This document shows positions 42,012 through 51,116 of a stretch of 64,000 nucleotides of DNA, piece by piece. Position 1 is the first letter of the stretch. The number at the start of each line of letters is the position of its first letter. The stretch comes from Alphaproteobacteria bacterium (GTDB lineage: Bacteria; Pseudomonadota; Alphaproteobacteria; Rs-D84): contig JAFVSL010000003.1 of NCBI GenBank assembly GCA_017503725.1, positions 72,272 through 136,271 of the forward strand, written 5' to 3'. Position numbers and translations under genes: made by a program. The notes under the pieces were generated by a model that saw only the letters and a list, made by a program, of their open reading frames with translations, had not been told where the DNA came from and ran no database searches.

Positions 42012-43241
42012 ATGCAATCTAATTTATTGCAAATGTACAAACGTGCGCTGGATATGCGCGATCCGTGGTTGCGTCGTTGGGCGGATGCACGCCGGTATAC
42101 AATGCCGGAAACCGATGACGACACGGCAACGCTGTTTGATGCAACCGCAATGGATGCGGTTGATAATCTGGCGGCATCACTTTATACATTATTGACCCCA
42201 CCGGAATCATTGTGGCTGAACCTGGTCCCGGAAAGTGATTTGTCACCCGATGCAGGCACCGCGACGGATGTGTTGCGTGCAAACTTAAATGATTCTAATT
42301 TTTATACGACCGTGCACCAATGTTATTTGGATTTGGTCACGTTGGGAACAGCGTGTTTGTTTATGGCGGAAAATCCGATTGGTGCGTCATCTGCATTTTC
42401 GTTCACCGCGATTCCAATGTCAGATATTGCAATTTTACCAAACGCGGTATTTCACACCACATCAATGTCCGCGCGTGATGCGATGGAAAAATATCCGACA
42501 TGGACGGTGCCGGCAAACCTGCGTGATACAATAAAACAAGACCCCGACACCCCAATTAAACTGGTACAGAGTTTGGTTGGAACTGAATTTACAGCGTGGT
42601 TGGATGCCGGTGGCGACATTGAAAACAACATTGTTGCAACGGGAACATTTGAAACAAATCCGTATTTGATTTTCCGTTGGTCGGTGACGTCCGGCGAAAT
42701 TTATGGGCGTGGCCCGGTCTTGCGTGCGTTGCCAGATATTAAAACCGCGAACAAGGTTGTGGAATTAGTCTTGAAAAACGCGACAATATCCGTATCTGGT
42801 ATCTGGATGGCGGACGATGACGGCGTGATAAATTTGAATAACATCAGCCTGACGCCGGGTGCGATTATACCAAAGGCGGTTGGTTCGTCGGGCCTGACAC
42901 CATTGACCAGTGGTGCAAACTTTGATGTGTCCCAGATTATTTTAAAAGATCTGCGGGAACGCATCCGTCACGCATTGTTGGCGGACCGGTTGGGCCTGTT
43001 AAGCGAAAAAGAAATGACCGCAACCGAGATTATGGCCCGTAATTCCGATATGATGCGAATCTTGGGTGCGACCTATGGTCGATTACTGCACGAATTTATA
43101 AGGCCATTGTGCGAACGCGGTTTGCAGATTTTATCACGCCGTGGTGTGATTGAACCAATAACCCTGCACGGGGATGCAGAATTAAAATACATTGCACCAA
43201 TTGCACAAATGGTTGCGCTGGAATCAATTGCGGGGGTGTAA
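42012..43241 (+). CDS. phage portal (head-to-tail connector) protein, T7 gp8-like (shortened)
   Basis: MYKRALDMRDPWLRRWADARRYTMPE...AVDNLAASLYTLLTPPESLWLNL parallels T7 gp8 YERLKNDRAPYETRAQNCAQYTIP...GLNNLASKLMLALFPMQTWMRL. Confidence 0.65.
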   Translation: MQSNLLQMYKRALDMRDPWLRRWADARRYTMPETDDDTATLFDATAMDAVDNLAASLYTLLTPPESLWLNLVPESDLSPDAGTATDVLRANLNDSNFYTTVHQCYLDLVTLGTACLFMAENPIGASSAFSFTAIPMSDIAILPNAVFHTTSMSARDAMEKYPTWTVPANLRDTIKQDPDTPIKLVQSLVGTEFTAWLDAGGDIENNIVATGTFETNPYLIFRWSVTSGEIYGRGPVLRALPDIKTANKVVELVLKNATISVSGIWMADDDGVINLNNISLTPGAIIPKAVGSSGLTPLTSGANFDVSQIILKDLRERIRHALLADRLGLLSEKEMTATEIMARNSDMMRILGATYGRLLHEFIRPLCERGLQILSRRGVIEPITLHGDAELKYIAPIAQMVALESIAGV

Positions 43242-43244
43242 TAA

Positions 43245-43439
43245 ATGTCGGAAAATATCGCACAAGATTTTGCGCGCACATTTTGCACCCCATCGGGTGC
43301 GCGTGTGATTGAGCATTTACGCAAAATAACTATTGAACGGGTACTGGGGGCGAACGCGACGGACGCAGAATTGCGCGGGGTTGAGGCCCAACGTGCCCTT
43401 GTTCACCAAATTGAAAATATGATAGAACGGGGGAAATAA
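43245..43439 (+). CDS. hypothetical small protein
   Basis: 64 aa ORF tightly packed after portal gene. Confidence 0.4.
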   Translation: MSENIAQDFARTFCTPSGARVIEHLRKITIERVLGANATDAELRGVEAQRALVHQIENMIERGK

Positions 43440-43441
43440 AA

Positions 43442-43699
43442 ATGACGACGCAACCCAGTGCCATTGGCATCCTAGATTTTTTACGCGACAGTTGGTTTTT
43501 AATCGCCTTTATTGCGGGGTGTGTCTACTGGGTTGCGCGCCAGGATTCGTCCGTTGCGGAACTGGAACGTGTTGATGCCCGTATAACATCGCTTGAAAAT
43601 CGCACAACGGTCTTGGAAACGGGTATCGGCCAAATTCAAATAAAAATAGACGATATCAAAGAAGACCTGAACCTGATAAAAGGCGCAGTTATTAAATAA
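43442..43699 (+). CDS. hypothetical TM + coiled-coil protein (holin/spanin-like)
   Basis: One TM helix followed by heptad coiled coil; 85 aa. Confidence 0.4.
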   Translation: MTTQPSAIGILDFLRDSWFLIAFIAGCVYWVARQDSSVAELERVDARITSLENRTTVLETGIGQIQIKIDDIKEDLNLIKGAVIK

Positions 43700-43715
43700 A
43701 AGTTTATCTAAGCGA

Positions 43716-43966
43716 TTGCGTAAGTGGAAACATTTGGTTATAATGTGATTGTTATGGTGACTTTGCCATAATGGGGTGTAGAAACCCGACTTACGCGTCG
43801 AAACATAAATAAGCGGAAATATGCCGGACGGTTGTGTTTTGATGAAATAAAACTCCTGAACTTTATTGGTCAGGAGGGTTGCGAATATATTGAATAAGCA
43901 CACAATTCGTAAGATTGTTTCTAACCTCCTGACCACTTGAATTTATTCAGTGGTTTTTGTTTTTTC
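43716..43966 (+). promoter_or_regulatory. conserved promoter + structured 5' leader with terminator (copy 2 of 3)
   Basis: -35 TTGCGT (43716-21), 17 nt spacer, -10 TATAAT (43739-44); ATGGGGTGTAGAAACCC box; hairpins CTCCTGA/GTCAGGAG and GGTCAGGAGGGTT/AACCTCCTGACC; terminator ACCACT-loop-AGTGGT + T-run. Confidence 0.6.
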
Positions 43967-43994
43967 GCGAAAAACAATGAAAGGAGTTGAACAA

Positions 43995-44432
43995 ATGAAA
44001 AAACTTTTAACCTTAACCGCGCTTGGTGCGATTCTTGCCGCACCGGCAATCGCCGCAACCCAATGCGTTAAGCAGGTTGATGCAAATACCCCCTGTACGA
44101 ATTTAACCAATGGAAATTCGGATTGGATAATTCAGTGTGGCGGGCAAAGATACAGAGGGGTCATTTTCCTTGGTGAATATCAACCTGAGGGCAGCACCGC
44201 AGATAGTCTGGAAACGGGTGTTGCAGATGACCCACATAGGGCGGATGATGGCTGTTGGTGTAAAATGACATATCCGGTGGAATCAAAATGGGTTTCGGTT
44301 GGGTATACGCCGGGTTCTGGTGGATTTTTTACGTGTTCCCAACGTTGTTCTTGGGGTGACACCGATTTGGGGCTTTTTTACAGCAAAGATCTTGTAAATG
44401 ATTACTATTTACCAAATTTAATCTCTGACTAG
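43995..44432 (+). CDS. secreted cysteine-rich protein, family A (CWCKMTYPVESKW)
   Basis: Signal peptide MKKLLTLTALGAILAAPAIA; paralog of 2979-3449. Confidence 0.65.
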   Translation: MKKLLTLTALGAILAAPAIAATQCVKQVDANTPCTNLTNGNSDWIIQCGGQRYRGVIFLGEYQPEGSTADSLETGVADDPHRADDGCWCKMTYPVESKWVSVGYTPGSGGFFTCSQRCSWGDTDLGLFYSKDLVNDYYLPNLISD

Positions 44433-44445
44433 GTAGGGGGGGAAA

Positions 44446-44715
44446 ATGAAAAAAATAGCATTTATAATTGCGTTTATGCCGATGTGTGCATATTCCGTCG
44501 CCCCATCCACCAGTTGCCCCACAGGATACGTAACCGTTACGCGTTCTAATTTTATTATGGCGACTGTGTGTCCAACGGGATATGTGGCGGCACGAAAGTT
44601 AAATTCTTGCCTGAACAATGCAACGTATGATTGTTGGCTGTATACGCCGGCCGGCGTCAGTTACACCGACGGTCTCGGCACGTATGAATTTACCGATGTG
44701 TGCCCAATGTCATAA
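44446..44715 (+). CDS. secreted cysteine-rich small protein, family B
   Basis: Paralog of 2710-2979 (both 89 aa; shared CPTGY...TYEFTDVC). Confidence 0.65.
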   Translation: MKKIAFIIAFMPMCAYSVAPSTSCPTGYVTVTRSNFIMATVCPTGYVAARKLNSCLNNATYDCWLYTPAGVSYTDGLGTYEFTDVCPMS

Positions 44716-44758
44716 AAAATCCCGCCATCGGCGGGATTTTTTTCTTTTCCTTTCTCTA

Positions 44759-45391
44759 TTAACGAGAATAGAATTCGACAACCAATTCTGGGAACATCTG
44801 AACCGGATATGGAACATCTTCGAACGCTGGTACGCGTACGAATGTCGCCGTAAAGTTCGCACTGTCCACAGAAACATAGTCTGCAAAATTGCGTTCCGCA
44901 GATTCCAATGCCAAAACGACCAATGGCATCTGTTTTGCTTTTTCGCTGACTGTGATAACGTCACCCGGTTTTACGCGATATGATGCAACCTTAACGCGCT
45001 GACCGTTTACATAGATGTGACCGTGGCTGATTAACTGACGAGAACTAAATACAGTTGGTGCCAATTTTGCACGATATACAACCGCATCCAAACGGCGTTC
45101 CAGCAAACCGATTAAGTTTTCTGGTGTGTCGCCCTTCATATTATCTGCTTCCAGATAATATGCGCGGAACTTCTTTTCGCCAATATTGCCATAGTAGCCC
45201 TTCAATGTCTGTTTTGCACGCATCTGTTTTGCGTAATCAGACGAATTGCCACCACGTGATGTAGGACCGTGCTGGCCCGGTTTGTATTTACGTTTGTTAA
45301 ATGGGGATTTTGCCTGGCCCCACAGATTAACGCCCAATGAACGTCCAATCTTTAATTTACGAGTATTGCGCTTTGCGCCTGCTCTTGCCAT
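44759..45391 (-). CDS. rpsD: 30S ribosomal protein S4
   Basis: GQHG, S4 RNA-binding domain pattern, 210 aa. Confidence 0.9.
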   Translation of the reverse strand: MARAGAKRNTRKLKIGRSLGVNLWGQAKSPFNKRKYKPGQHGPTSRGGNSSDYAKQMRAKQTLKGYYGNIGEKKFRAYYLEADNMKGDTPENLIGLLERRLDAVVYRAKLAPTVFSSRQLISHGHIYVNGQRVKVASYRVKPGDVITVSEKAKQMPLVVLALESAERNFADYVSVDSANFTATFVRVPAFEDVPYPVQMFPELVVEFYSR

Positions 45392-45510
45392 AGTTTATAT
45401 CCTTTTTTTGGTTTTTACTTGTGCCGAATATTTTAACAGAATCCTTATCACGGATGGGACCAAAAACGCACCACCGTTTAATCAGTTCTGATTACCCAGC
45501 GGGGCTTAGT

Positions 45511-46371
45511 TTATAGTGTTTTTTTACGAAAATCAAGTAATTTCTGCAATGAAACAAAGTTTTTAATACCGTTGTTCCGTGCCTGAACGAATGCCAGTTG
45601 AAAATCACGCCCAATGCGGTCGACGTCGTGTGCATCATCAGATATCAATACCGGAACATTATATTCGGCAATCATTTTCATTATGTTTGTCCCCGGATAT
45701 GGCTGAAGGGTTCCGATTTTATATCCACTGGTGTTAATTTCGACGGGTACGCCGGATTTAGCAATTATTTTAATCGTTTCGCGTTTTATCGCGTCCCATT
45801 TTCTATGTTCCCCCAGGTTCTTCTTCTTGGGTAAATCCAGGTGCGCAATCCAATTAAACATACCGCTTTTTACCAGTTCTTGGATGTTTTTCCAATAAAT
45901 ATTCAGCATTTCGTCGCGTATTTTCGCATCCACCGCCGCCATATCGTGCACATTACAGACCGTGCCACCATATTCAACAAAATGTGCCGCCCCAATTAGA
46001 TAGTCTGGTTTTAATATTTCGCACGCACGTGCAAAGCCATCCGCCCAGGCATCCGTTGGGAAACGGTCGACCTCCATCCCACGTAAAATGCGGATGTCTG
46101 GATTTTCATCTTGCAGACGTGCCAATTCATCATAGTGTGGCTGAAACTTGGCCAAGGCCTCATCAAAACTGGTGTTGTACATTGTGCTGTATCCGCCCGC
46201 CACGGCCGCACCATACATCTTTGTGCGTCGAATTTCGGGATGCACGATAAAGTGATTAGATATCCCAATTGTCTTGAATCCGGCATTGCGTGCCGCGGCA
46301 ATCATATGTTCGGGTGTATTTTTTCCGTCAAATCCAATTGTATGCGTATGTAATGTAAAATCTTGTGCCAT
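45511..46371 (-). CDS. PHP-domain phosphoesterase (HisJ-type histidinol-phosphatase family)
   Basis: LHTHT N-terminal metal-binding motif, later H and D ligands; start trimmed to MAQDFTLHTHT. Confidence 0.65.
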   Translation of the reverse strand: MAQDFTLHTHTIGFDGKNTPEHMIAAARNAGFKTIGISNHFIVHPEIRRTKMYGAAVAGGYSTMYNTSFDEALAKFQPHYDELARLQDENPDIRILRGMEVDRFPTDAWADGFARACEILKPDYLIGAAHFVEYGGTVCNVHDMAAVDAKIRDEMLNIYWKNIQELVKSGMFNWIAHLDLPKKKNLGEHRKWDAIKRETIKIIAKSGVPVEINTSGYKIGTLQPYPGTNIMKMIAEYNVPVLISDDAHDVDRIGRDFQLAFVQARNNGIKNFVSLQKLLDFRKKTL

Positions 46372-46373
46372 TT

Positions 46374-47258
46374 TTATATAATTCTTTTCTTGATTGCGCC
46401 AAACAATGCAAAACCAACCAACAACACCATAATTGCGATAAATATAGAAACCGCCATTTTTGGGTTTTCTGCGAATGGTAATTGCATATTCATTCCATAG
46501 TATCCAACAATCACCGTCGGAATAACCAACACAATGTTCCACATTGTTAAACGGTTAATGTTGGTATTAGAATCCATATTGATAACACTTTCGAATGTTT
46601 CTTTGATTGCTTTCAGCATTTTGCTATATGATGTCACAACTTCGGTTGCCTGGGCTAATTCGATGCGTGCATCCTCGGCCAGTTCTTTGGCCTCGTCCGT
46701 TTTAACGAAACCCCGAACCTTTTCCAGTTTGTCCAGCACCGCAATATTTCCCCGAATTCCCGCCATATACAGGGTATAACTGTTTTCAACCTCTAATAAA
46801 TCCATCAATTCTTTTTTGCGGATGCGTTCCAACAACACGCGCTTTGACGCCAGAACACGCTTGTTCAATTCCTTTAACATACGCAGGTACGATTCCGCGA
46901 TATAGTACATAACATTCAAGATAAATTCTTCACGTGACGTCTTTTCCGATTTTTTAATTTTATCCAACAAATCACACCGCTTGCGACAGACGGTTATAAC
47001 GCGGTTAGACGTGTAAATAATAGACAACGGCTCTGTATGCCACAGGGTGTCGTTTTCACGGTTAATAATTGGGAAACGCACAATTATAACCTTGTAATCA
47101 TCTTCGATTTCAAAGCGTGGCTGTTCATCCGGGTCCAGAATGTCGGAAATAGTATCTTCGTCAATTTTGTATTCGTTTTGCAGTTTTTCAAAATCTTTAT
47201 GATCGGGATTGCCAACATTTACCCACGAAAAATTTTCCAGTTTTTCTGTTACAAACAT
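46374..47258 (-). CDS. corA: CorA-family magnesium/cobalt transporter
   Basis: C-terminal two TM with YGMNM signature (GMN motif). Confidence 0.8.
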   Translation of the reverse strand: MFVTEKLENFSWVNVGNPDHKDFEKLQNEYKIDEDTISDILDPDEQPRFEIEDDYKVIIVRFPIINRENDTLWHTEPLSIIYTSNRVITVCRKRCDLLDKIKKSEKTSREEFILNVMYYIAESYLRMLKELNKRVLASKRVLLERIRKKELMDLLEVENSYTLYMAGIRGNIAVLDKLEKVRGFVKTDEAKELAEDARIELAQATEVVTSYSKMLKAIKETFESVINMDSNTNINRLTMWNIVLVIPTVIVGYYGMNMQLPFAENPKMAVSIFIAIMVLLVGFALFGAIKKRII

Positions 47259-47393
47259 CCGCGCCCCCTTTGATTATGATTGTCGTCATATTTTACCCCT
47301 TAAATTTTAAATTGCAAGATTTTCCCGCGGAATATAAACCCGTATAATGTTTATTTTTCCCGTGCTATGATTTACCACAACAGGGGGGACAAA

Positions 47394-47843
47394 ATGGCCA
47401 AGAATACGGAATATCAAACCAATGTCTTTACAATTGCGCACTATATTTTATTGTTTATGGTAACGGTTACCTGTGCCAGTATTGTTACGTGGCTTATTCT
47501 TGATCGATACAACACCCAAAAATTCAACAGTACAAATATAACGTATATTATGAATAATGATCCGTGTGTGAAACAAACCCGTGACGCGGTATCACGTATG
47601 TGGTCATTTAACCAGGAACTTATTCCCACGCGCTACAAAACGATTGCAGATGCATATTCCAATGATGCGGTTTTAACGCGAATAACCGGATATTGTGATG
47701 GTGTTCCATTTATGTGTCGCGCGGGCCAGTTGCGTCGCACCTGTGATCCGTGTGCAATTCGAACCGGTCGCCACCACGCAATGGAAATGCACATTGCCGA
47801 TATGATACGTGCCAATTGTGGGTACGATATTGATAAAAAATAA
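47394..47843 (+). CDS. hypothetical membrane protein
   Basis: One TM near N-terminus; Cys-containing C-terminal region. Confidence 0.45.
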   Translation: MAKNTEYQTNVFTIAHYILLFMVTVTCASIVTWLILDRYNTQKFNSTNITYIMNNDPCVKQTRDAVSRMWSFNQELIPTRYKTIADAYSNDAVLTRITGYCDGVPFMCRAGQLRRTCDPCAIRTGRHHAMEMHIADMIRANCGYDIDKK

Positions 47844-48086
47844 AACGGGCCCAAGACCCGTTTAAATTTATATGGCTTGTCATACGAAGCCTTGGCGAAG
47901 TATGGTCACCGTTGACAGGATTCCCTTGGGCTTGTGCCCTGCGGGGCATTCGTTAGCACTCGAACTTCACTGCGTTCGTTCTCGCTTACTCATTGTCGAA
48001 CCCGGCAACTGCGTTGCGATGTATCGAACCGACATACCCACTGATATAAATTAAAACGGGTACAAGACCCGTTTAAATTTATATGG
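47843..48086. repeat. tRNA-Pro-associated element: 33 nt direct repeats (47843-47875 and 48054-48086) flanking a 178 nt core
   Basis: Direct repeats AAACGGG(C/T)(C/A)CAAGACCCGTTTAAATTTATATGG. Core carries a partial copy of the tRNA-Pro 3' end (GAATCCTGTCA) and is homologous to 62563-62696. Confidence 0.6.
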
Positions 48087-48162
48087 TCGGGGTGACAGGA
48101 TTCGAACCTGCGACCCCTTGCACCCCATGCAAGTACTCTACCAGGCTGAGCTACACCCCGAC
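48084..48162 (-). tRNA. tRNA-Pro (anticodon GGG)
   Basis: Minus-strand GTCGGGGTGTAGCTCAGCCTGGTAGAGTACTTGCATGGGGTGCAAGGGGTCGCAGGTTCGAATCCTGTCACCCCGACCA. Confidence 0.85.
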
Positions 48163-48217
48163 ATAACGCGCATAATATAACAAATTTGAATAAAACACAA
48201 ATTATTTTTATGATACA

Positions 48218-48859
48218 ATGGTCTTTGGATTTATTTATGGAGATGGTATGTACAATAAAGAATTTTGGAATCGGGTTTATAGTGGCAGGGTTAAGCCGTG
48301 GCTACAAGATGATTTCGCACGCTTTATGATTGACAGTGTGCGCGACTATCTAAAACCAGAAAAGTCAATTATGTTGGATTATGGATGTGGAAATGGTGCT
48401 GTTGCGGCATATTTTAGAAATAGTGGTGCAATTGTTGATACGGCTGAAATTGCGGATGACATGGTTGCGTTGCTGCGTTCTACTTATTCTGGAACAAATG
48501 TGTATTCGGTTAATACACCATCAGATATTCCGCACAAACATTATTATGATAATGTTCTGTGCTTAAATGTTTTTCATCACATATCGCCCGAATATTGGGA
48601 TGTGTTTTTAGACCAGTTACACACATTGATAAAGCCAGGTGGTCGTTTAATTATATCTGGCTGGGATGATTCCGATTATTATCTAAATCAAAATAATAAT
48701 GTTGCCCTGGCCACCCAGTGTACCAGTTGGACAATAACATCCCTTGTCCGTCATTTTGTGCTGTCCCAATGGTCGCTGATTGATAATACGGTTCGTAAAT
48801 TCAAGTATGCGGGTTTCGAAGAACGTTCTATGCGCTTTTATTGTTTGGTTGCCAAATAG
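48218..48859 (+). CDS. class I SAM-dependent methyltransferase
   Basis: MLDYGCGNGAVAAYF motif I, acidic motif II DTAEIADDM. Confidence 0.65.
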   Translation: MVFGFIYGDGMYNKEFWNRVYSGRVKPWLQDDFARFMIDSVRDYLKPEKSIMLDYGCGNGAVAAYFRNSGAIVDTAEIADDMVALLRSTYSGTNVYSVNTPSDIPHKHYYDNVLCLNVFHHISPEYWDVFLDQLHTLIKPGGRLIISGWDDSDYYLNQNNNVALATQCTSWTITSLVRHFVLSQWSLIDNTVRKFKYAGFEERSMRFYCLVAK

Positions 48860-48958
48860 TCAATCCGAATTCATGCATATTGCTGGCATGTGGTATGCGG
48901 TGTATGATATTTGTGTCCGGACTTTAATTAAATAACAACAAAACAAAAAGGATATAAA

Positions 48959-49066
48959 ATGTCAAAAAATGATGATAAACAGTGTAAATGCAAGAATTGC
49001 AGTGGTTTAAATTCTGGCCACGAAGACAAGAAATCTGGGGGCGACAAAAAGAAATGTGATAAATAA
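48959..49066 (+). CDS. small lysine/cysteine-rich peptide (35 aa)
   Basis: MSKNDDKQCKCKNCSGLNSGHEDKKSGGDKKKCDK; RBS AAAAGGATATAAAATG; followed by terminator 49071-49098; not in ORF track. Confidence 0.4.
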   Translation: MSKNDDKQCKCKNCSGLNSGHEDKKSGGDKKKCDK

Positions 49067-49188
49067 ATCATACCGGCAATTTTTTGCCGGTATTTTTATA
49101 TATTTTATGCTTGCACGAATCGGATAAATATTACTAGTATGCGCATATCAAGTTTAACTTAAATCACACAACGAAGGGAGAAATCGTT

Positions 49189-49566
49189 ATGATAGTTGGC
49201 ATCGGAATTGACTTGGTTGAATGCGACCGTTTTCTGGATTGGTCTGCATTCAAGAAGCAGCGCATATTCACAAAGAAAGAATTAGAATACGCCGACAACG
49301 ACAATGCAAATTCGGAAAAACATTTGGCGAATTTCTGGGCCGCACGCGAGGCTTTCTTAAAAGCGCTTGGCACGGGCTTTGGTGATGATATTTCTTTTTC
49401 TGATGTCTCGGTTGCCCATAACGATGCGGGCCGTCCTGAATTGGTTATATCCGGTGGTGCCCGTGCGATATTAAAGCAAATTGCCGGCACAGATGCGCGG
49501 ATACACCTTTCCCTGACGGACCAGGGGGATTATTGCGCCGCAATGGTTGTAATAGAGGTTCAATAA
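49189..49566 (+). CDS. acpS: holo-[acyl-carrier-protein] synthase
   Basis: MIVGIGIDLVE N-terminus, 125 aa; terminator 49571-49600. Confidence 0.85.
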   Translation: MIVGIGIDLVECDRFLDWSAFKKQRIFTKKELEYADNDNANSEKHLANFWAAREAFLKALGTGFGDDISFSDVSVAHNDAGRPELVISGGARAILKQIAGTDARIHLSLTDQGDYCAAMVVIEVQ

Positions 49567-49609
49567 TAATAAAAAAACCGCCATCCGGCGGGTTTTTTAT
49601 TTGTTGATG

Positions 49610-50437
49610 TTACTCGCTAAATTCATTACATACACTGGCAAAGCCGTATGTACCAACATCATCCGTGAAACCGGCACCTTGATCATACACGGCGAAACAT
49701 TGGCGCGTGGCCTCTTGTCTTTCTACGTCTCTACAGGAAAAGACAACATTAGTACCAGTATAGGACAGATTTCCAAGGGTTGACGCGGTACCTTGGGTCT
49801 CATGAACGCCACAGGGCGCAGGGGTCACGCCCTGGCGTATAACGGGAATATGGCCATCAATAATACATGACTCGGCGTTATAATTCAGGTTGACAAGATC
49901 ACTGCCATAGCCATTACGTCCTACTTTTGTCTGGGGGCTAAAATAATTGGCCTGCACACCGTTATTTTGCCCAAACCAGAAATTACAATGATATGAACAG
50001 TCAGTTAAACATGAATCAAGCGTTGCGCCCACTACTCCGTGGGGGGCCATAAACCACGTGGAAACGATGGGGGAAATCATCTTGCAATAGCAATATGCGT
50101 CGCTTGAATCATCTACGCCAATAAACGGGTTCTCTGTTCCATAGCCTACGGGCTCATTTTGCTTGTTAAGACCGTCGCATCGCGCCATTACAATAGTTTG
50201 TTTATAATAAGACGTATACCCGGATTCTGGTTTTTCGTTGACTGTAACATTATAGCCTAAAATGTTCTTTCTAGTATGTGTTGTATCTGTTACATCCGTT
50301 GATTGTGAGTTGGTCCATTCGCTTTGTCCGATGGCAAAATGCGTTGGATTTATGCACAGGGTTAGACTTTTATCGGTTGCGTTGGCATCACCAACATATA
50401 ATGCACAGACCAAAATGGGAAAAATATAATGTTTCAT
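49610..50437 (-). CDS. secreted cysteine-rich protein, fused family A+B architecture
   Basis: Signal peptide; internal CYCKMISPIVSTW (A motif) and C-terminal GTYGFASVCNEF (B motif). Confidence 0.6.
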   Translation of the reverse strand: MKHYIFPILVCALYVGDANATDKSLTLCINPTHFAIGQSEWTNSQSTDVTDTTHTRKNILGYNVTVNEKPESGYTSYYKQTIVMARCDGLNKQNEPVGYGTENPFIGVDDSSDAYCYCKMISPIVSTWFMAPHGVVGATLDSCLTDCSYHCNFWFGQNNGVQANYFSPQTKVGRNGYGSDLVNLNYNAESCIIDGHIPVIRQGVTPAPCGVHETQGTASTLGNLSYTGTNVVFSCRDVERQEATRQCFAVYDQGAGFTDDVGTYGFASVCNEFSE

Positions 50438-50462
50438 AAAAATTTCCTTGTTGTGTTAATTG

Positions 50463-50936
50463 TTAAAACATAACCACGGTACCAAGCAGATACTGGCGTG
50501 CGCCCACGGCGACACTAGCAGTGCCTGTCAAAAGGTCGGCGCAGCGACCGTAGCATTCGTTAAGGCACTCAACCCCATCAGTAAACTCTTTTTTGGAATA
50601 AACAAATTGCGATAATGTTGGTTCAATTCTGGTGCACCAACAATATCTTGCCATATGTTGCGAATTATAACCTGCGGGAATGGTGGTTACATGAGATGAA
50701 GCCGACCCCGAACAAATTGGCATCACGGTGATGTGCACGGTGTCGACCTGTCCCAGACTGGGGCATTCCGCCTGTACTAAATCATAACTTGTGCGAACAA
50801 TGGTGCACGGATTTCTGTAAGTTGTCGTGATGGTAGCGCTATACGGATGACAAAGACCCAACGATGCATCCACAATTTGTGGAAACAAAAATTCACCCAT
50901 TAAACATATTGTTGACCAAAACAAATTTCGTTTCAT
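50463..50936 (-). CDS. secreted cysteine-rich protein, family A (CWCTRIEPTLSQF)
   Basis: Signal peptide; A-family Cys pattern. Confidence 0.55.
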   Translation of the reverse strand: MKRNLFWSTICLMGEFLFPQIVDASLGLCHPYSATITTTYRNPCTIVRTSYDLVQAECPSLGQVDTVHITVMPICSGSASSHVTTIPAGYNSQHMARYCWCTRIEPTLSQFVYSKKEFTDGVECLNECYGRCADLLTGTASVAVGARQYLLGTVVMF

Positions 50937-51116
50937 TTATTATCCCTCCACTAGGAAAACGGTCCCTTGGATTCGGCATAAAATCGGATTGACAAGGTGT
51001 ACAAAACTGGGGTAAAATAGGGTCAATGAAACACCGAAAATAAACCACCGTTTGGATTCGGCATAACAAATTCAAATTATTTGTTGTAAAATCAACATAT
51101 TATTTTTGAAAAAAAC

